In this document: positions 15,838-25,493 of the stretch, piece by piece
How the letters are laid out: each line of letters opens with the position of its first letter
Numbering within the stretch: the stretch's first letter is position 1
Source: a virus
Virus record (IMG/VR): IMGVR_UViG_3300045996_001613
Span: 19,578 to 83,577 of that record
DNA: 64,000 nt
Reading direction: 5' to 3' (one strand)
Position numbers and translations under genes: made by a program
Notes under the pieces: model-generated
The model's input: the letters and a program-made list of their open reading frames with translations, nothing else
Told to the model about the DNA's origin: nothing
Database searches by the model: none

Positions 15838-16509
15838 GTGCGCTACGCATTCTTCGGAAAGATGGGAAGCGGTAAGACTACCGCTGCTCAGTACCTCGTA
15901 GAGGAGCACGGCTTCAAACGCGTATCCTTTGCGTCTCCTCTCAAGAAGATAGGAGAGCTAAAGGACATTCTCGTCCCCGACATGTACTACGATTGGCTGT
16001 ACAAGTGGGCGATGGACCTTCTGCCCGACCGGGTATACGGCATGCATTTTACCGGATGGATGGAGGGTAAAAGCACGCGGGAGTGGCTAGTGGATAGGTG
16101 GATCGAGGACTTCCAAGAGTCCAAGGACACACGTGAACTACTCCAACGCATCGGCACCGACTCCGGTCGGAAGGCCAACCCGGAGATCTGGATCAACTAC
16201 TTCGCGAGACACCTGCCTGATGGCAACCTCGTGGTAGATGATCTCAGGTTCCTCAACGAGGCGCAGGCACTCCGGGACCTGTCGTTCAAGCTGATCAAGC
16301 TAGAGCAGCCCGAAGAGGATCGCGTCGTACGCCTCGCGACGAGGGACGGGTTCTTCGACCCGGCTACGCAGGGCCACGCCAGCGAGACAGAGTTGTCCAA
16401 CATCGAGGCCGACGCAGCCATCTTCAATGACAGGTACCTCGACCTCGACCAGTTCCATGCCGTGCTGGACGAGTTGGTACGGACCCGTCACGTACACGTT
16501 GGGGCCTAA
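15838..16509 (+). CDS. Deoxynucleoside monophosphate kinase
   Basis: P-loop GKMGSGKT; SFASPLK, RELLQRIGTD, DDLRFLNE, HASE. Confidence 0.9.
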   Translation: MRYAFFGKMGSGKTTAAQYLVEEHGFKRVSFASPLKKIGELKDILVPDMYYDWLYKWAMDLLPDRVYGMHFTGWMEGKSTREWLVDRWIEDFQESKDTRELLQRIGTDSGRKANPEIWINYFARHLPDGNLVVDDLRFLNEAQALRDLSFKLIKLEQPEEDRVVRLATRDGFFDPATQGHASETELSNIEADAAIFNDRYLDLDQFHAVLDELVRTRHVHVGA

Positions 16510-16510
16510 C

Positions 16511-17134
16511 ATGCACATCCTAGGGATGGACATAGACAGCACAATCTGGGACTCCACCCTGTTCTATCACGACGCTCTTGAGGACATGGGTTATCCGAGG
16601 CTGTCACACGAGGACTTCATCTCATGGGACTACCACTTCGACCGCTTTCCTCGCGAGGTAGTGTTGGAGATGTTTCGCCGTGCTCTCGATCCGAGCCGTC
16701 TGGACGAACGCCCCCTCTATCCCCATGTAGTAGAGGCGATACGTACGCTACGTGAAGACGTAGGGGTACAGATACACTTCATCACCCACAACGCGGAGCC
16801 TGACGCTCTGCGTACGCCGCTAAAGAAATGGCTCGCGGGGCGATTTGGGGGAGACGTGGGCCTCAGTACGTTCCACTTAAAGACGCCCAAGCTGCGTAAG
16901 CTGAACCAACTTGGGGCATTTGGCATGGTAGACGACAAGCCCGCATTCGCGGTCGAGGTCGCGGACGCGGGTCTCTGGTCCGCGTCCAAGGTACATCCGT
17001 ACAACAAAGACGTTGTGCTGAAGGACGACAGGATCTTCGCCTTTAACGATTGGAGGGAGGTACCGTATGCGGTAGCACTCGCGATTGAGGGACGTGCGAT
17101 ACAGCAACTACAGACCATAGGAGGTCGAACATGA
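16511..17134 (+). CDS. HAD-family 5'(3')-deoxyribonucleotidase
   Basis: Motif I DIDST, FITH, MVDDKP, HPYN, NDWRE. Confidence 0.85.
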   Translation: MHILGMDIDSTIWDSTLFYHDALEDMGYPRLSHEDFISWDYHFDRFPREVVLEMFRRALDPSRLDERPLYPHVVEAIRTLREDVGVQIHFITHNAEPDALRTPLKKWLAGRFGGDVGLSTFHLKTPKLRKLNQLGAFGMVDDKPAFAVEVADAGLWSASKVHPYNKDVVLKDDRIFAFNDWREVPYAVALAIEGRAIQQLQTIGGRT

Positions 17135-17502
17135 GCACGACATTGACGACAGAGATAGAGGCGCAGGGGCTCGTCGCGGATACCGCGAGGGTCCTGGACT
17201 CGGTGAACGACGGATGGTGGAGGCGCATGAAGGACACGGGTCCGGGGTTCTCCGTCTTCTCCGCGGATAACTGCCCCTTACAGCAGATCTACGGAAGCTA
17301 CATAGTAGGCCGCGAGGTACTGGAGGAGCAGCACGGCGTAGATCCGTCCCTGCTGCAGGGCACCGTATGTGCGCATTATGAAGATCCGTGGTTCGTCGAA
17401 GCGTGGCGCGAGGAGATCGCCAAGCGCAACAAAGAAGACGAGGTTCACGCGCTTACCACCGAGGAGGCGGAGGAACGCGAACTAGTCCTCGCGACTAGAT
17501 AA
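17131..17502 (+). CDS. Hypothetical protein
   Basis: AGGAGGT SD, ATGA overlap. Confidence 0.7.
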   Translation: MSTTLTTEIEAQGLVADTARVLDSVNDGWWRRMKDTGPGFSVFSADNCPLQQIYGSYIVGREVLEEQHGVDPSLLQGTVCAHYEDPWFVEAWREEIAKRNKEDEVHALTTEEAEERELVLATR

Positions 17503-17519
17503 TACGATAGCCGATAGTT

Positions 17520-17563
17520 AGTGGGGTCGGGGGCTTGGTCGCCCCGCAACAGCCGACCCCACT
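17520..17563 (+). promoter_or_regulatory. Strong hairpin in the leader of the replication initiator
   Basis: AGTGGGGTCGG/CCGACCCCACT enclosing GGGGC/GCCCC. Confidence 0.5.
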
Positions 17564-17589
17564 GCTTTAGCGATCCATAAAGGAGGACC

Positions 17590-18267
17590 GTGGCTTCTGA
17601 GGGGTACTACACCAAATTCTCGAACTACGTCTTCGATCACATCATGCCCGAGTTGAGCCCCGCGGCTTTCAAGGTACTGATGTTCATCATACGCAGGACC
17701 CTCGGCTGGAGAAAGGAGTGCGACGAGATCTCCTATTCTCAGTTCATGGAGGGCACCGGCATCGGATCGGAGCACACCATCAAGAAGGCTATAGACGAAC
17801 TAGATAGCAAGGGCTACATCAAGGTAGACCGCGACCGGGGTGTGAGTAATTTCTACTCAATTAATACTCAAGTTTTGAGTGTCACGACCACTGTAGAAAG
17901 TGCAGAGGATACCACTGCACAAAGTGCAGAGGATGGCGGGGGGACCTCTGCAGAAAGTGCAGACACAAAAGAAAGTGGTAGGAAACCTTCGGTTTCCAAC
18001 GATGAAGACATAGCTGTGACCGAGTTGCAGCGATGCGATAAGTTCCCCGATGAATACAAACCCAACATCCAGATGATCAGGCGCATTGCAAAGGATTACC
18101 CAAAGGTGAACGTAATCATGGCCGTGTCCTCCGCGGTCAACGCGATAGACGAGGGGGAAAAAGTACGTAGTCCCTACGGATTCCTGCGGTATTATTTCAA
18201 GAGAGAAGATGCGCTAAGAAAGAAATCATGGGAGGAACAGTACGCTGATGCAAACATCGTCAACTAA
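17590..18267 (+). CDS. Replication initiator (lambda O-like, N-terminal wHTH)
   Basis: YTKFSN..LSPAAFKVLMFIIRRTLGW..ISYSQF..IKKAIDEL; lies upstream of DnaB. Confidence 0.85.
   Translation: MASEGYYTKFSNYVFDHIMPELSPAAFKVLMFIIRRTLGWRKECDEISYSQFMEGTGIGSEHTIKKAIDELDSKGYIKVDRDRGVSNFYSINTQVLSVTTTVESAEDTTAQSAEDGGGTSAESADTKESGRKPSVSNDEDIAVTELQRCDKFPDEYKPNIQMIRRIAKDYPKVNVIMAVSSAVNAIDEGEKVRSPYGFLRYYFKREDALRKKSWEEQYADANIVN
17845..17963. repeat. Putative replication origin: AT-rich tract plus three iterons
   Basis: ACCWCTGYASAAAGTGCAGA at 17887, 17911 and 17944; AT-rich 17845-17880. Confidence 0.7.
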
Positions 18268-18272
18268 CTGCT

Positions 18273-19589
18273 ATGCCTGATCGACCCTCGTTCCGCCACA
18301 ACCTAGACGCCGAAGACTACATCCTCGGAGCCATGATCACCAATCAGGGTATCCGCAAGCAGGCACTATCGGAGATGACACCCAAGGACTTCTACTCCGA
18401 GCAGAACCGCAACATCTTCATCGCCCTCACCGGACTGCATCAGTCCTCTCCGACCGTATCCGGTTGGGTAAACCCGAGAGATCTGGCCCTCGACAGCGTA
18501 GACGCGAGGAAGGTTGCGAACCTCATGGCCGCAGAGCCCTCGACGATCCGGTGGCGCGACTCCATGCAAGAGGTACGGCGACTCTCACAGATCCGGGATC
18601 TGGCTACCAATATGGCCGGTCTCAGCAAGGCGCTGATGGAGGAGGAGGACCCCGAGGCCATCGCGTCACGCTTCATGGGTACCCTAGAGGGACTGTTGTC
18701 CGGATCGCTGGCGCAGGGTGCCGAACACATATCAACGAAAACGCCGGCCTTTCTTGAGATTGCCAAGGAGGTACGAGAGAAGAAGGGACTCGTCGGCATA
18801 CCCTCTCGTTTGCCTATACTCGATAGGCATCTTCGGGGCTTCCGTCAAGGACACAACGTAGTGGTAGGAGCCCGCAGCGGACACGGCAAGACCACGCTCG
18901 CGACCACCATCGTCAAGAACGTCGCCTTACAGGGATACCGAGTGCTCGTGCAGTCTACGGAAATGACCCACGAGCAGTACATCGAACTCTTGGCCTGCGC
19001 CCATGCCAACGTATCCGAGCAGCAGTGGCAAGATGGCGAGATCAATGACGCCAAGTGGCGGCAGATCGAGAAGGCCACCGAGAAGCTAAATGACCTAGCC
19101 ATCTATACCGACGACTACGCAGGAGCCACGCCCGACATGCTACGTCGCAACATCGTACGTGTGCAGCCTGACCTCGTGGTCATAGACTACCTACAGCGCA
19201 TGAAGCTACCCCATACCCTCCGCGGACGGAGTGAGTACGAGGATGTCAGTACCCTGTCACTGGAAGTGGATCGGCTGAAGGGGATCTACAATGTGCCGCT
19301 GATCACCGTAGTGCAGTTGAGCCGCAAGTCGGAGGACCGCGATGATCACAGGCCCAGGATTTCCGATATCCGTTCCTCGGGACAGATCGAGCAGGATGCG
19401 AACACCATCCTACTGCTACATCGTCCGTCCAAGTATGACGAGGATGCGCCCTCTGATATGTCCATGCTGGAATGTGTGAAGAATCGCAGAGGTGCAGAGG
19501 ACTGGACGATAAAGTTATACAAGCCCGGAGGCGTGCCGTTCTTGACCGACGATAAGGGAAGGGGTGTAGGGTATGGCGCTGAGTATTAA
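18273..19589 (+). CDS. dnaB: Replicative DNA helicase
   Basis: Walker A GARSGHGKT, STEM, VVIDYLQ, VQLSR, DIRSSGQIEQDA, KNRRG. Confidence 0.95.
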   Translation: MPDRPSFRHNLDAEDYILGAMITNQGIRKQALSEMTPKDFYSEQNRNIFIALTGLHQSSPTVSGWVNPRDLALDSVDARKVANLMAAEPSTIRWRDSMQEVRRLSQIRDLATNMAGLSKALMEEEDPEAIASRFMGTLEGLLSGSLAQGAEHISTKTPAFLEIAKEVREKKGLVGIPSRLPILDRHLRGFRQGHNVVVGARSGHGKTTLATTIVKNVALQGYRVLVQSTEMTHEQYIELLACAHANVSEQQWQDGEINDAKWRQIEKATEKLNDLAIYTDDYAGATPDMLRRNIVRVQPDLVVIDYLQRMKLPHTLRGRSEYEDVSTLSLEVDRLKGIYNVPLITVVQLSRKSEDRDDHRPRISDIRSSGQIEQDANTILLLHRPSKYDEDAPSDMSMLECVKNRRGAEDWTIKLYKPGGVPFLTDDKGRGVGYGAEY

Positions 19590-19836
19590 GATAGACCCAC
19601 AGGAGGTATGGAGTAGGATCTATGAGGAGTACTGGCGCAAGTTCTCCGAGATATCCGACGTCTCCCTTGTAGAAGACGAGGACCTACAAGGGGCAATGAG
19701 GGACGCGATGATGTCCATGACACCCGAGTGGAAGGGAATAGAGACGCACGAGGATCTGGCCTCGACGATCTTCGACACGAGAGAAGTGATGGAGTTGACA
19801 CTGAAGACGCAAAGGAGTAAGCGGCATGCGAGTTAA
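19573..19836 (+). CDS. Hypothetical protein
   Basis: Overlaps neighbouring genes within the operon. Confidence 0.6.
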   Translation: MALSIKIDPQEVWSRIYEEYWRKFSEISDVSLVEDEDLQGAMRDAMMSMTPEWKGIETHEDLASTIFDTREVMELTLKTQRSKRHAS

Positions 19837-20206
19837 GCCACACCTGAAGTACAACGACACGCAGGCAAGGTGCTCGTCCTGCAAACAGTGGAAGGATCAC
19901 GACTGCTTCTACCAGCGACACATAGGCGACACCGGACCTCCCGTATGGCCGCGGTGCAAGAAGTGCCGGGGCGTCGAGGAGGGCAAGTACCGTCCTAGCA
20001 AGAAGGATGCACAGAAGCCTAGTCCGGGTCTATGCGCGAATGGGACAGACTGCGTATGGTTTGAGCAGTTGGAGCAGCCAGCCCCCCTGCGTAAAACGGG
20101 TCGAGTGCACAACGTATGCGAGTCCTGCAACAGCCGCCGCATAGAAGGAGATGTCGCGAAGGCGCAGGAGAAAGCAGAGAAGGCTAAAAGGGCACAAAGG
20201 TATTGA
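19826..20206 (+). CDS. Zinc-finger protein
   Basis: CSSCKQWK..CKKC; second C..C..CESC cluster. Confidence 0.7.
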   Translation: MRVKPHLKYNDTQARCSSCKQWKDHDCFYQRHIGDTGPPVWPRCKKCRGVEEGKYRPSKKDAQKPSPGLCANGTDCVWFEQLEQPAPLRKTGRVHNVCESCNSRRIEGDVAKAQEKAEKAKRAQRY

Positions 20207-20231
20207 GTAAAGGCGGAGTCAATGGTATAAT
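20203..20231 (+). promoter_or_regulatory. Sigma70-type promoter for ssb
   Basis: TTGAGT-17 nt-TATAAT with extended TG. Confidence 0.75.
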
Positions 20232-20270
20232 GCTCTGCATGGTACGAAGCGACAGAAAGGATTACGCACT

Positions 20271-20657
20271 ATGGTGAGTTTCAACCGTACCGTTCTCGCC
20301 GGGAACTTGACTCGTGACCCCGAGTTAAGGCACACCAAGGACGGCGTCGCCGTCGTCAACTTGGGACTGGCAGTCAACAGGGTCCGGTCGAAGAATGAGG
20401 AAGTGGACTTCTTCGACGTGACGGCTTGGAGAGAGTTGGCCGAGACAATCGCCAACTACAAGAAGAAGGGTGATCCCATCCTCCTTGAGGGCCGTCTGCA
20501 GTACCGTACGTGGGAGGACAAGGACACCGGGGCCAAGCGGTCCAAGGTGGACGTTGTTGCCGACTCCGTACAGTTCCTCGGTCGAGGCGGAGCCGCGGAG
20601 GATAGCGGCAACGACACGACGGTGGATGAATCCGACTTTGAGGACATTCCCTTCTAG
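20271..20657 (+). CDS. ssb: Single-stranded DNA-binding protein
   Basis: NRTVLAGNLTRDPELR..EGRLQYRTW; C-terminal DIPF. Confidence 0.97.
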   Translation: MVSFNRTVLAGNLTRDPELRHTKDGVAVVNLGLAVNRVRSKNEEVDFFDVTAWRELAETIANYKKKGDPILLEGRLQYRTWEDKDTGAKRSKVDVVADSVQFLGRGGAAEDSGNDTTVDESDFEDIPF

Positions 20658-20696
20658 GCGGACAGGGACCGTGGACCTCACACGTAGGTTGGATTG

Positions 20697-20727
20697 GGCG
20701 ACGCTACTTCCTTGCGTCGCCCCTTTG
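20697..20727 (+). terminator. Putative terminator after ssb
   Basis: GGCGACGC-loop-GCGTCGCC followed by CCTTT. Confidence 0.5.
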
Positions 20728-20741
20728 CTATTGGAGGACAG

Positions 20742-20921
20742 TTGAGTAAGAAGCGCAACGGAATCAGGATCTTGCCTATCGGGTTGAAATGGCAGAGCAT
20801 CATCGCGACGGACGCAGTAATGACCCTGCGGGGCAAGAAGGGCTACGCGATTCCTCTCATCACGTTGGGAGACTATGGGATAGTCCTTATGAGCCAGAAG
20901 AAGAAACATCGCAATGCATAG
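20742..20921 (+). CDS. Small hypothetical protein
   Basis: GGAGGA SD before TTG 20742. Confidence 0.5.
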   Translation: MSKKRNGIRILPIGLKWQSIIATDAVMTLRGKKGYAIPLITLGDYGIVLMSQKKKHRNA

Positions 20922-21174
20922 GCCACTGCCGATTACGCCCCTTGGGGCCGTGTGGATCGGACTGTACAACGCTACCATTTGCTCCGACCTCCGTTCCGCG
21001 GGGGCCTCGGACGTTGTAGAGGTTCTACCTCCGGGCCACGAACTGTCTATAGGGGAAGTGCAGGAGATTCTTGTCTCGCTGTGGGAAGATGGTTGGTTGC
21101 GGCTATATCAGATAGACCACTCGGGGGAACTTATGTTCTGTTTTCTTAGCACCCCCGATCCTGTTCATGTCTAA
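20914..21174 (+). CDS. Hypothetical protein (possible wHTH)
   Basis: Overlaps neighbouring genes in the operon. Confidence 0.55.
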   Translation: MHRPLPITPLGAVWIGLYNATICSDLRSAGASDVVEVLPPGHELSIGEVQEILVSLWEDGWLRLYQIDHSGELMFCFLSTPDPVHV

Positions 21175-22150
21175 ACTCACACACCTAGACCTCTTCGCGG
21201 GTATCGCGGGGTTTACATATGGGTTTGAACGTGCTGGATTAGAGACCGTCGGGTTCTCCGAGATTGACAATTTGCCCAACAGGGTACTAGCTCGTCGATA
21301 TCCGGGGATTCGCAACGAAGGAGACATACATGGAATGGACGGCAGAGACTACCGAGGGGTCGACATCGTCACCTTCGGATCGCCGTGCCAAGACTTCTCA
21401 CTGGCAGGAGAGCGCCGTGGACTTGACGGAGGTAAAAGCGGCATCCTACGCGAAGCCCTCCGAATCGTTCGCGACGCCCGACCACGACTCGCTATTTGGG
21501 AGAACGTCCCCGGTGCCCTTACCTCTAACAAGCGATGGGACTTTGCTGCCGTACTCGACGCGCTGGCTGAACTCGGGGCGATGGACATCGCGTGGCGAGT
21601 CTTGGACGCGCAATTCTTCGGAGTCCCCCAGCGTCGTAAGAGAGTCTTCCTTGTCGCGGATTTTGCAGGATTCCGTGCCGAGAAAATACTTTTTGACTCC
21701 AGTCGGAGCCCGCGGCCTACTCGCACGGTCCGAGCGCAGGGGCAAGAAATTGCCGGTACTCTTGGTGGAGGCTCTGGAGATCGCGGCTGGGCACCGGACA
21801 CCGACCGAATGACGTTTATACCCGTGGGCACGCGCAACGGGGAGCAGAAGTTCATCGTGGAGGACGAGTCCCTACCCATCGCGATACACCTGACGCAGGA
21901 CCCCATACATGGATACATTGCGCCGTGCATGTCCGCGGGAAATAAGCAGGGCTGCGCTACCATCGGGGTCTTCGACGGTGTAGGAGTGCGTCGACTCACG
22001 CCTCTGGAATGCGAGAGGCTGCAGGGCTTCCCGGATGGGTGGACCGATGTGGACGGGGCCAAGGACAATAAGAGATACAAAGCCCTCGGAAATGCTGTGT
22101 CTCCGGCGCAAACGACGTGGCTAGGGGAGCAGGTGGCACATGCCCTATAG
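21167..22150 (+). CDS. DNA (cytosine-5) methyltransferase
   Basis: DLFAGIAG, GSPCQD, WENVPG, PQRRKRVF, RRLTPLECERLQGFP, LGNAV. Confidence 0.95.
   Translation: MSKLTHLDLFAGIAGFTYGFERAGLETVGFSEIDNLPNRVLARRYPGIRNEGDIHGMDGRDYRGVDIVTFGSPCQDFSLAGERRGLDGGKSGILREALRIVRDARPRLAIWENVPGALTSNKRWDFAAVLDALAELGAMDIAWRVLDAQFFGVPQRRKRVFLVADFAGFRAEKILFDSSRSPRPTRTVRAQGQEIAGTLGGGSGDRGWAPDTDRMTFIPVGTRNGEQKFIVEDESLPIAIHLTQDPIHGYIAPCMSAGNKQGCATIGVFDGVGVRRLTPLECERLQGFPDGWTDVDGAKDNKRYKALGNAVSPAQTTWLGEQVAHAL
21330..21812 (+). CDS. Nested alternative-frame protein, M.EcoHK31I beta-polypeptide-like
   Basis: AAGGAG SD 6 nt before ATG; C-terminus SSLSRILQDSVPRKYFLT..GLLARSERRGKKLP..L.EAL. Confidence 0.65.
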   Translation: MEWTAETTEGSTSSPSDRRAKTSHWQESAVDLTEVKAASYAKPSESFATPDHDSLFGRTSPVPLPLTSDGTLLPYSTRWLNSGRWTSRGESWTRNSSESPSVVRESSLSRILQDSVPRKYFLTPVGARGLLARSERRGKKLPVLLVEALEIAAGHRTPTE

Positions 22151-22907
22151 TCGCGGTAAGCCCCTGATACAGATGTGGACCGACGGGTCGGTGCAGAAGC
22201 AGCACGGCCCCGGCGGGTACGGGGTGGTGATCCGATCCGGGTCCTACTACAACGAGACCTCAGGGGGTATGGGTTCCGCAACGAGTCAGCGTATGGAGCT
22301 AGTCGCGGCGTACGAGGGCATCAGGTTTGTCGAGTCCCTGTCTAGGTCAGGCGGCGTGCAGCAGATCGAGGTGCGCTCGGACAGCAAGTACCTCGTCGAG
22401 CAGATCTACTCGCCCAAGGTATTGAGACTCTACCAAGATGGCAGCTTGCATACTATTGCTAACGGGGACATGTGGGACAAGCTGTTGCAGCTACGCCAGT
22501 TCCACAACATCGAGTGGATCAAGGTCCCCGGACACGCGGGCATCGAGGAAAACGAGAGAGCACACGAACTGGCAAGAGAAGCGGTAGAATCAATAGTAGA
22601 GAAGACGAGGCTAGAGAAAGAGAAGGAGCAGAAGGATGTTGACCACGGTCGCAGCCTATATCGCTACATTGTGGAGAAGGGGATTGAAGATCCCGCGAAG
22701 GTCACAGCGACAAATCCTCGCAACAAGAGAAGAGAAGAGGCGAAACTTCTCAATGTTCTTGGACCCGATGCTCATGTCCTTTTCTCCACCACCATCACAA
22801 AGAAGGCACTATGGCAGGGATACGGGAAGCAGGGGAATCAGAGCAAGTATCCGCCGATGGATGTCGTAAGTATATGGGATGTACAACCGATCAAGGAGTG
22901 GGAGTGA
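22140..22907 (+). CDS. rnhA: Ribonuclease HI with C-terminal extension
   Basis: WTDGS, GPGGYG, QRMELVA, SDSKY, NGDMW, WIKVPGHAG..NERAHELA. Confidence 0.9.
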   Translation: MPYSRGKPLIQMWTDGSVQKQHGPGGYGVVIRSGSYYNETSGGMGSATSQRMELVAAYEGIRFVESLSRSGGVQQIEVRSDSKYLVEQIYSPKVLRLYQDGSLHTIANGDMWDKLLQLRQFHNIEWIKVPGHAGIEENERAHELAREAVESIVEKTRLEKEKEQKDVDHGRSLYRYIVEKGIEDPAKVTATNPRNKRREEAKLLNVLGPDAHVLFSTTITKKALWQGYGKQGNQSKYPPMDVVSIWDVQPIKEWE

Positions 22908-23158
22908 CAGACAAACAGGATAAGGCGAGAGTCAGGGCAGAGGAAGAGGCTGAGATCCTAGCAGCCCAAGCCGAGCAGGAGAGGGAGCAGATCGAGCAAG
23001 AGTATCGAGACCTCGCAAGGTACACCATGGTGTACTTCAACGCTCTGCTAACCTTTGGAGCCAAGCGTAGGGATATCATGATTTGTATGCTTGGCTTCCT
23101 TAACGAGGAGATCAAGCAGGTGCATGACCGACGTCGCGAGCGTCTGGAGGACGAGTGA
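22904..23158 (+). CDS. Hypothetical coiled-coil protein
   Basis: GTGA overlap; AAGGAG SD. Confidence 0.6.
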   Translation: MTDKQDKARVRAEEEAEILAAQAEQEREQIEQEYRDLARYTMVYFNALLTFGAKRRDIMICMLGFLNEEIKQVHDRRRERLEDE

Positions 23159-23400
23159 TCGAGACACAAGATGTGTACAACGCGGGCGTGCCGGAAGGAG
23201 GGGCGACAGATCTGGCTATGAATCTGGCGAAGGAGATGTCCGAACGTGGCGTAAGCGACGGGGCTGTGGTAAAGAGGATCATGGAGATCTTAGAGAACCC
23301 CTCTGAGGGATTCCTGAGTGGACCGTGGGAAGCGCAAATGTTTGCGCGTGAGATATGGGACTTGAAGCGTACAGGGCGCTTCACAACAGAAGGGACGTAG
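23155..23400 (+). CDS. Hypothetical protein
   Basis: GTGA overlap; GGAGG SD. Confidence 0.65.
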   Translation: MIETQDVYNAGVPEGGATDLAMNLAKEMSERGVSDGAVVKRIMEILENPSEGFLSGPWEAQMFAREIWDLKRTGRFTTEGT

Positions 23401-23401
23401 C

Positions 23402-23869
23402 ATGAGGGTTAGCAAGGAAAAACTCGAGAATCAGGGCGTGTGGGCTGAGGGGCTAGGCCCGGAGTATGACGACTACAAGGAGATGTTCGCGCTGGACAAC
23501 CTCGTGGACGTGTTCACCGGGGAGCAGTTGAAGGGCAGGCTGCACCAGAAGGTCGAGGAGGGAAAGAAGGGATGGGACGATCCGGAAACGGACTACGACT
23601 TTGAGGCTCTGATATCTCAAGCCGCGGGAGCCGGTAAGTGGGTAGACGTAGCGGTGTACGCCATGCTCGCATGGAATGACGAGCAGCCCGACGAGGATAT
23701 ATCGCCGCAAGACCTACCGGCGCAGCCTGATGGACCCGAGACCTTCGCGGGAGCGTCCCCGCCGGTTAGCTTTGACGGCGACGGCACCGCGATACGGGGG
23801 CTTGAAGCTCGTCCTGAGGGGATAGAGAACGAGGCGGAGGGTCCTGGGGGCAGGTCTCGGGGTCACTAG
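23402..23869 (+). CDS. Hypothetical protein
   Basis: KGWDDP..GKWVDVAVYAML helical pattern. Confidence 0.7.
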   Translation: MRVSKEKLENQGVWAEGLGPEYDDYKEMFALDNLVDVFTGEQLKGRLHQKVEEGKKGWDDPETDYDFEALISQAAGAGKWVDVAVYAMLAWNDEQPDEDISPQDLPAQPDGPETFAGASPPVSFDGDGTAIRGLEARPEGIENEAEGPGGRSRGH

Positions 23870-23871
23870 TC

Positions 23872-25278
23872 TTGGCGTATAAGGCGATCATAGCGCGAGT
23901 CTACACCCGTCCACACCCCAACGCGGATCGCATCCAGCTTGGGGAGTGCCGCGGCTATCAGGTAATCGTGGGCAAGGATGTAGAGGACGGGACCCTCGGA
24001 GTCCTGTTCCCTCCGGACGGTCAGTTGTCCCACGAGTTCTGCCTTGCGAATGAATTGTATGCAAGGCACCCCGAGACCGGGGAGAAGATGAAGGGGTTCT
24101 TTGACAAGAACCGTAGGGTCAGGGCTCAGAAGTTTCGCGGAGAGAAGTCAGAGGCGTTCTGGACGGGTCTGGAGAGCATTTACAAGATGGCGGGACTGCG
24201 GGACTGGCGGAAGGATCTACCCGAGGGCAAGGAACTCGACGAGTACCTTGGCATGTCCCTATGTCAGAAGTACGTCACCCCCGCGACGCGCAGGGCTCAG
24301 GCCAACAAACAGCAGGCGGCTCGACGTGAGCTACCGAATTTCCACAAGCACTTCGACACGGATCAGTTGAAGAGGGAGATAGACTACATACCCGAGGGGG
24401 CGTTGCTGTACTTCACGGAGAAGTTACATGGCACGTCTCAGCGCAGCGCATACCTCACGGTCGAGTCTGACCACAAGCTGCCGTGGTTGCAGAGGCTCGG
24501 GTTGTGGTTGAGCCGCATTCCTTTTGCACCCCCAACGCAAGACGAACACCTGCTAGGCACGCGCAACGTAGTCCTCGGTCGGTACGAGGGCAAGAGCTAC
24601 TACGGATCTGAGGGGTTTCGGTATCGGCACCATGACCGCATTAAGGACAAGCTGCACCTTGGAGAGACGGTGTACTACGAGGTTGTCGGGTTTACCGGGC
24701 CTATCTCAGGAGTGCCCGAAGACCCCTTCCGGGCGTGGGACGCGAACGTCGCGCCGATCATGCCCGCGGTCAGCACCAAGGCGCTAAGAGACCATTGGGT
24801 GTCTTCTCCTGATCAGAAGGTTGCCGAAAGCGTCAAGGGCCGGTTTCCCGAGATGTACGGCGACACTATGTGGTACACGTACGGCAATTGGGAAGCGGAC
24901 AGTCCTGCAGCCCCTCGTGCGATGGGTGGATCGGAGATCTACGTCTACCGCATCACGCAGCAGAATGCGCAGGGCATCGTGCTCGACCTATCGTGGGAAC
25001 AGGTGAAGGGACGGTGCGAGGAGTTGGGCGTCCCGCATGTGCCAGAACTGGCGGCACACAAGCACCACTGGAGAACGGAAGCCCTTATGGAACATGCGGA
25101 ACAACTGGCCGAGGGACCCTCGACACTCGACAGGACTCACATACGCGAAGGCGTATGTGTCCGTTGGGAGAAGGGAAAGAAGATAGGTATACTAAAGCAC
25201 AAGTCATTCGAGTTTCTAGTGCTGGAGGGCGTGGTGAAGACCGACGAGAACTATGTAGACTTGGAGGAATCCTCGTGA
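23872..25278 (+). CDS. RNA ligase, Rnl2/DRB0094-like
   Basis: N-terminal PHPNADRIQL domain; motif I TEKLHGTS, YYEVVG, REGVCVR, LKHKS. Confidence 0.9.
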   Translation: MAYKAIIARVYTRPHPNADRIQLGECRGYQVIVGKDVEDGTLGVLFPPDGQLSHEFCLANELYARHPETGEKMKGFFDKNRRVRAQKFRGEKSEAFWTGLESIYKMAGLRDWRKDLPEGKELDEYLGMSLCQKYVTPATRRAQANKQQAARRELPNFHKHFDTDQLKREIDYIPEGALLYFTEKLHGTSQRSAYLTVESDHKLPWLQRLGLWLSRIPFAPPTQDEHLLGTRNVVLGRYEGKSYYGSEGFRYRHHDRIKDKLHLGETVYYEVVGFTGPISGVPEDPFRAWDANVAPIMPAVSTKALRDHWVSSPDQKVAESVKGRFPEMYGDTMWYTYGNWEADSPAAPRAMGGSEIYVYRITQQNAQGIVLDLSWEQVKGRCEELGVPHVPELAAHKHHWRTEALMEHAEQLAEGPSTLDRTHIREGVCVRWEKGKKIGILKHKSFEFLVLEGVVKTDENYVDLEESS

Positions 25279-25493
25279 GGGTGCGTGCGAAGAATAAAGA
25301 GGGAGTGACCATGGTGGTGCAGGAGGCCACGAATGCCACGATATACTCCTCTCGTATCCACCCCTCGGGCAGGGCGCTCCACGTCGAAGACGATCCGTTC
25401 CTCGACAAGCTGGTGTTGACGTTCCACGCGGAAGAGATACGGCAGCGCGTGAACTCCGCGGGGGAGATCGAGATCACCGTAGGCGGCAACTAG
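25275..25493 (+). CDS. Hypothetical protein
   Basis: GTGA overlap; GGAGG SD. Confidence 0.55.
   Translation: MRVRAKNKEGVTMVVQEATNATIYSSRIHPSGRALHVEDDPFLDKLVLTFHAEEIRQRVNSAGEIEITVGGN

Noticed and set aside
21349-22281. 310-aa antisense ORF over the second MTase
   Set aside because: Typical GC-rich antisense shadow; runs opposite to the operon direction
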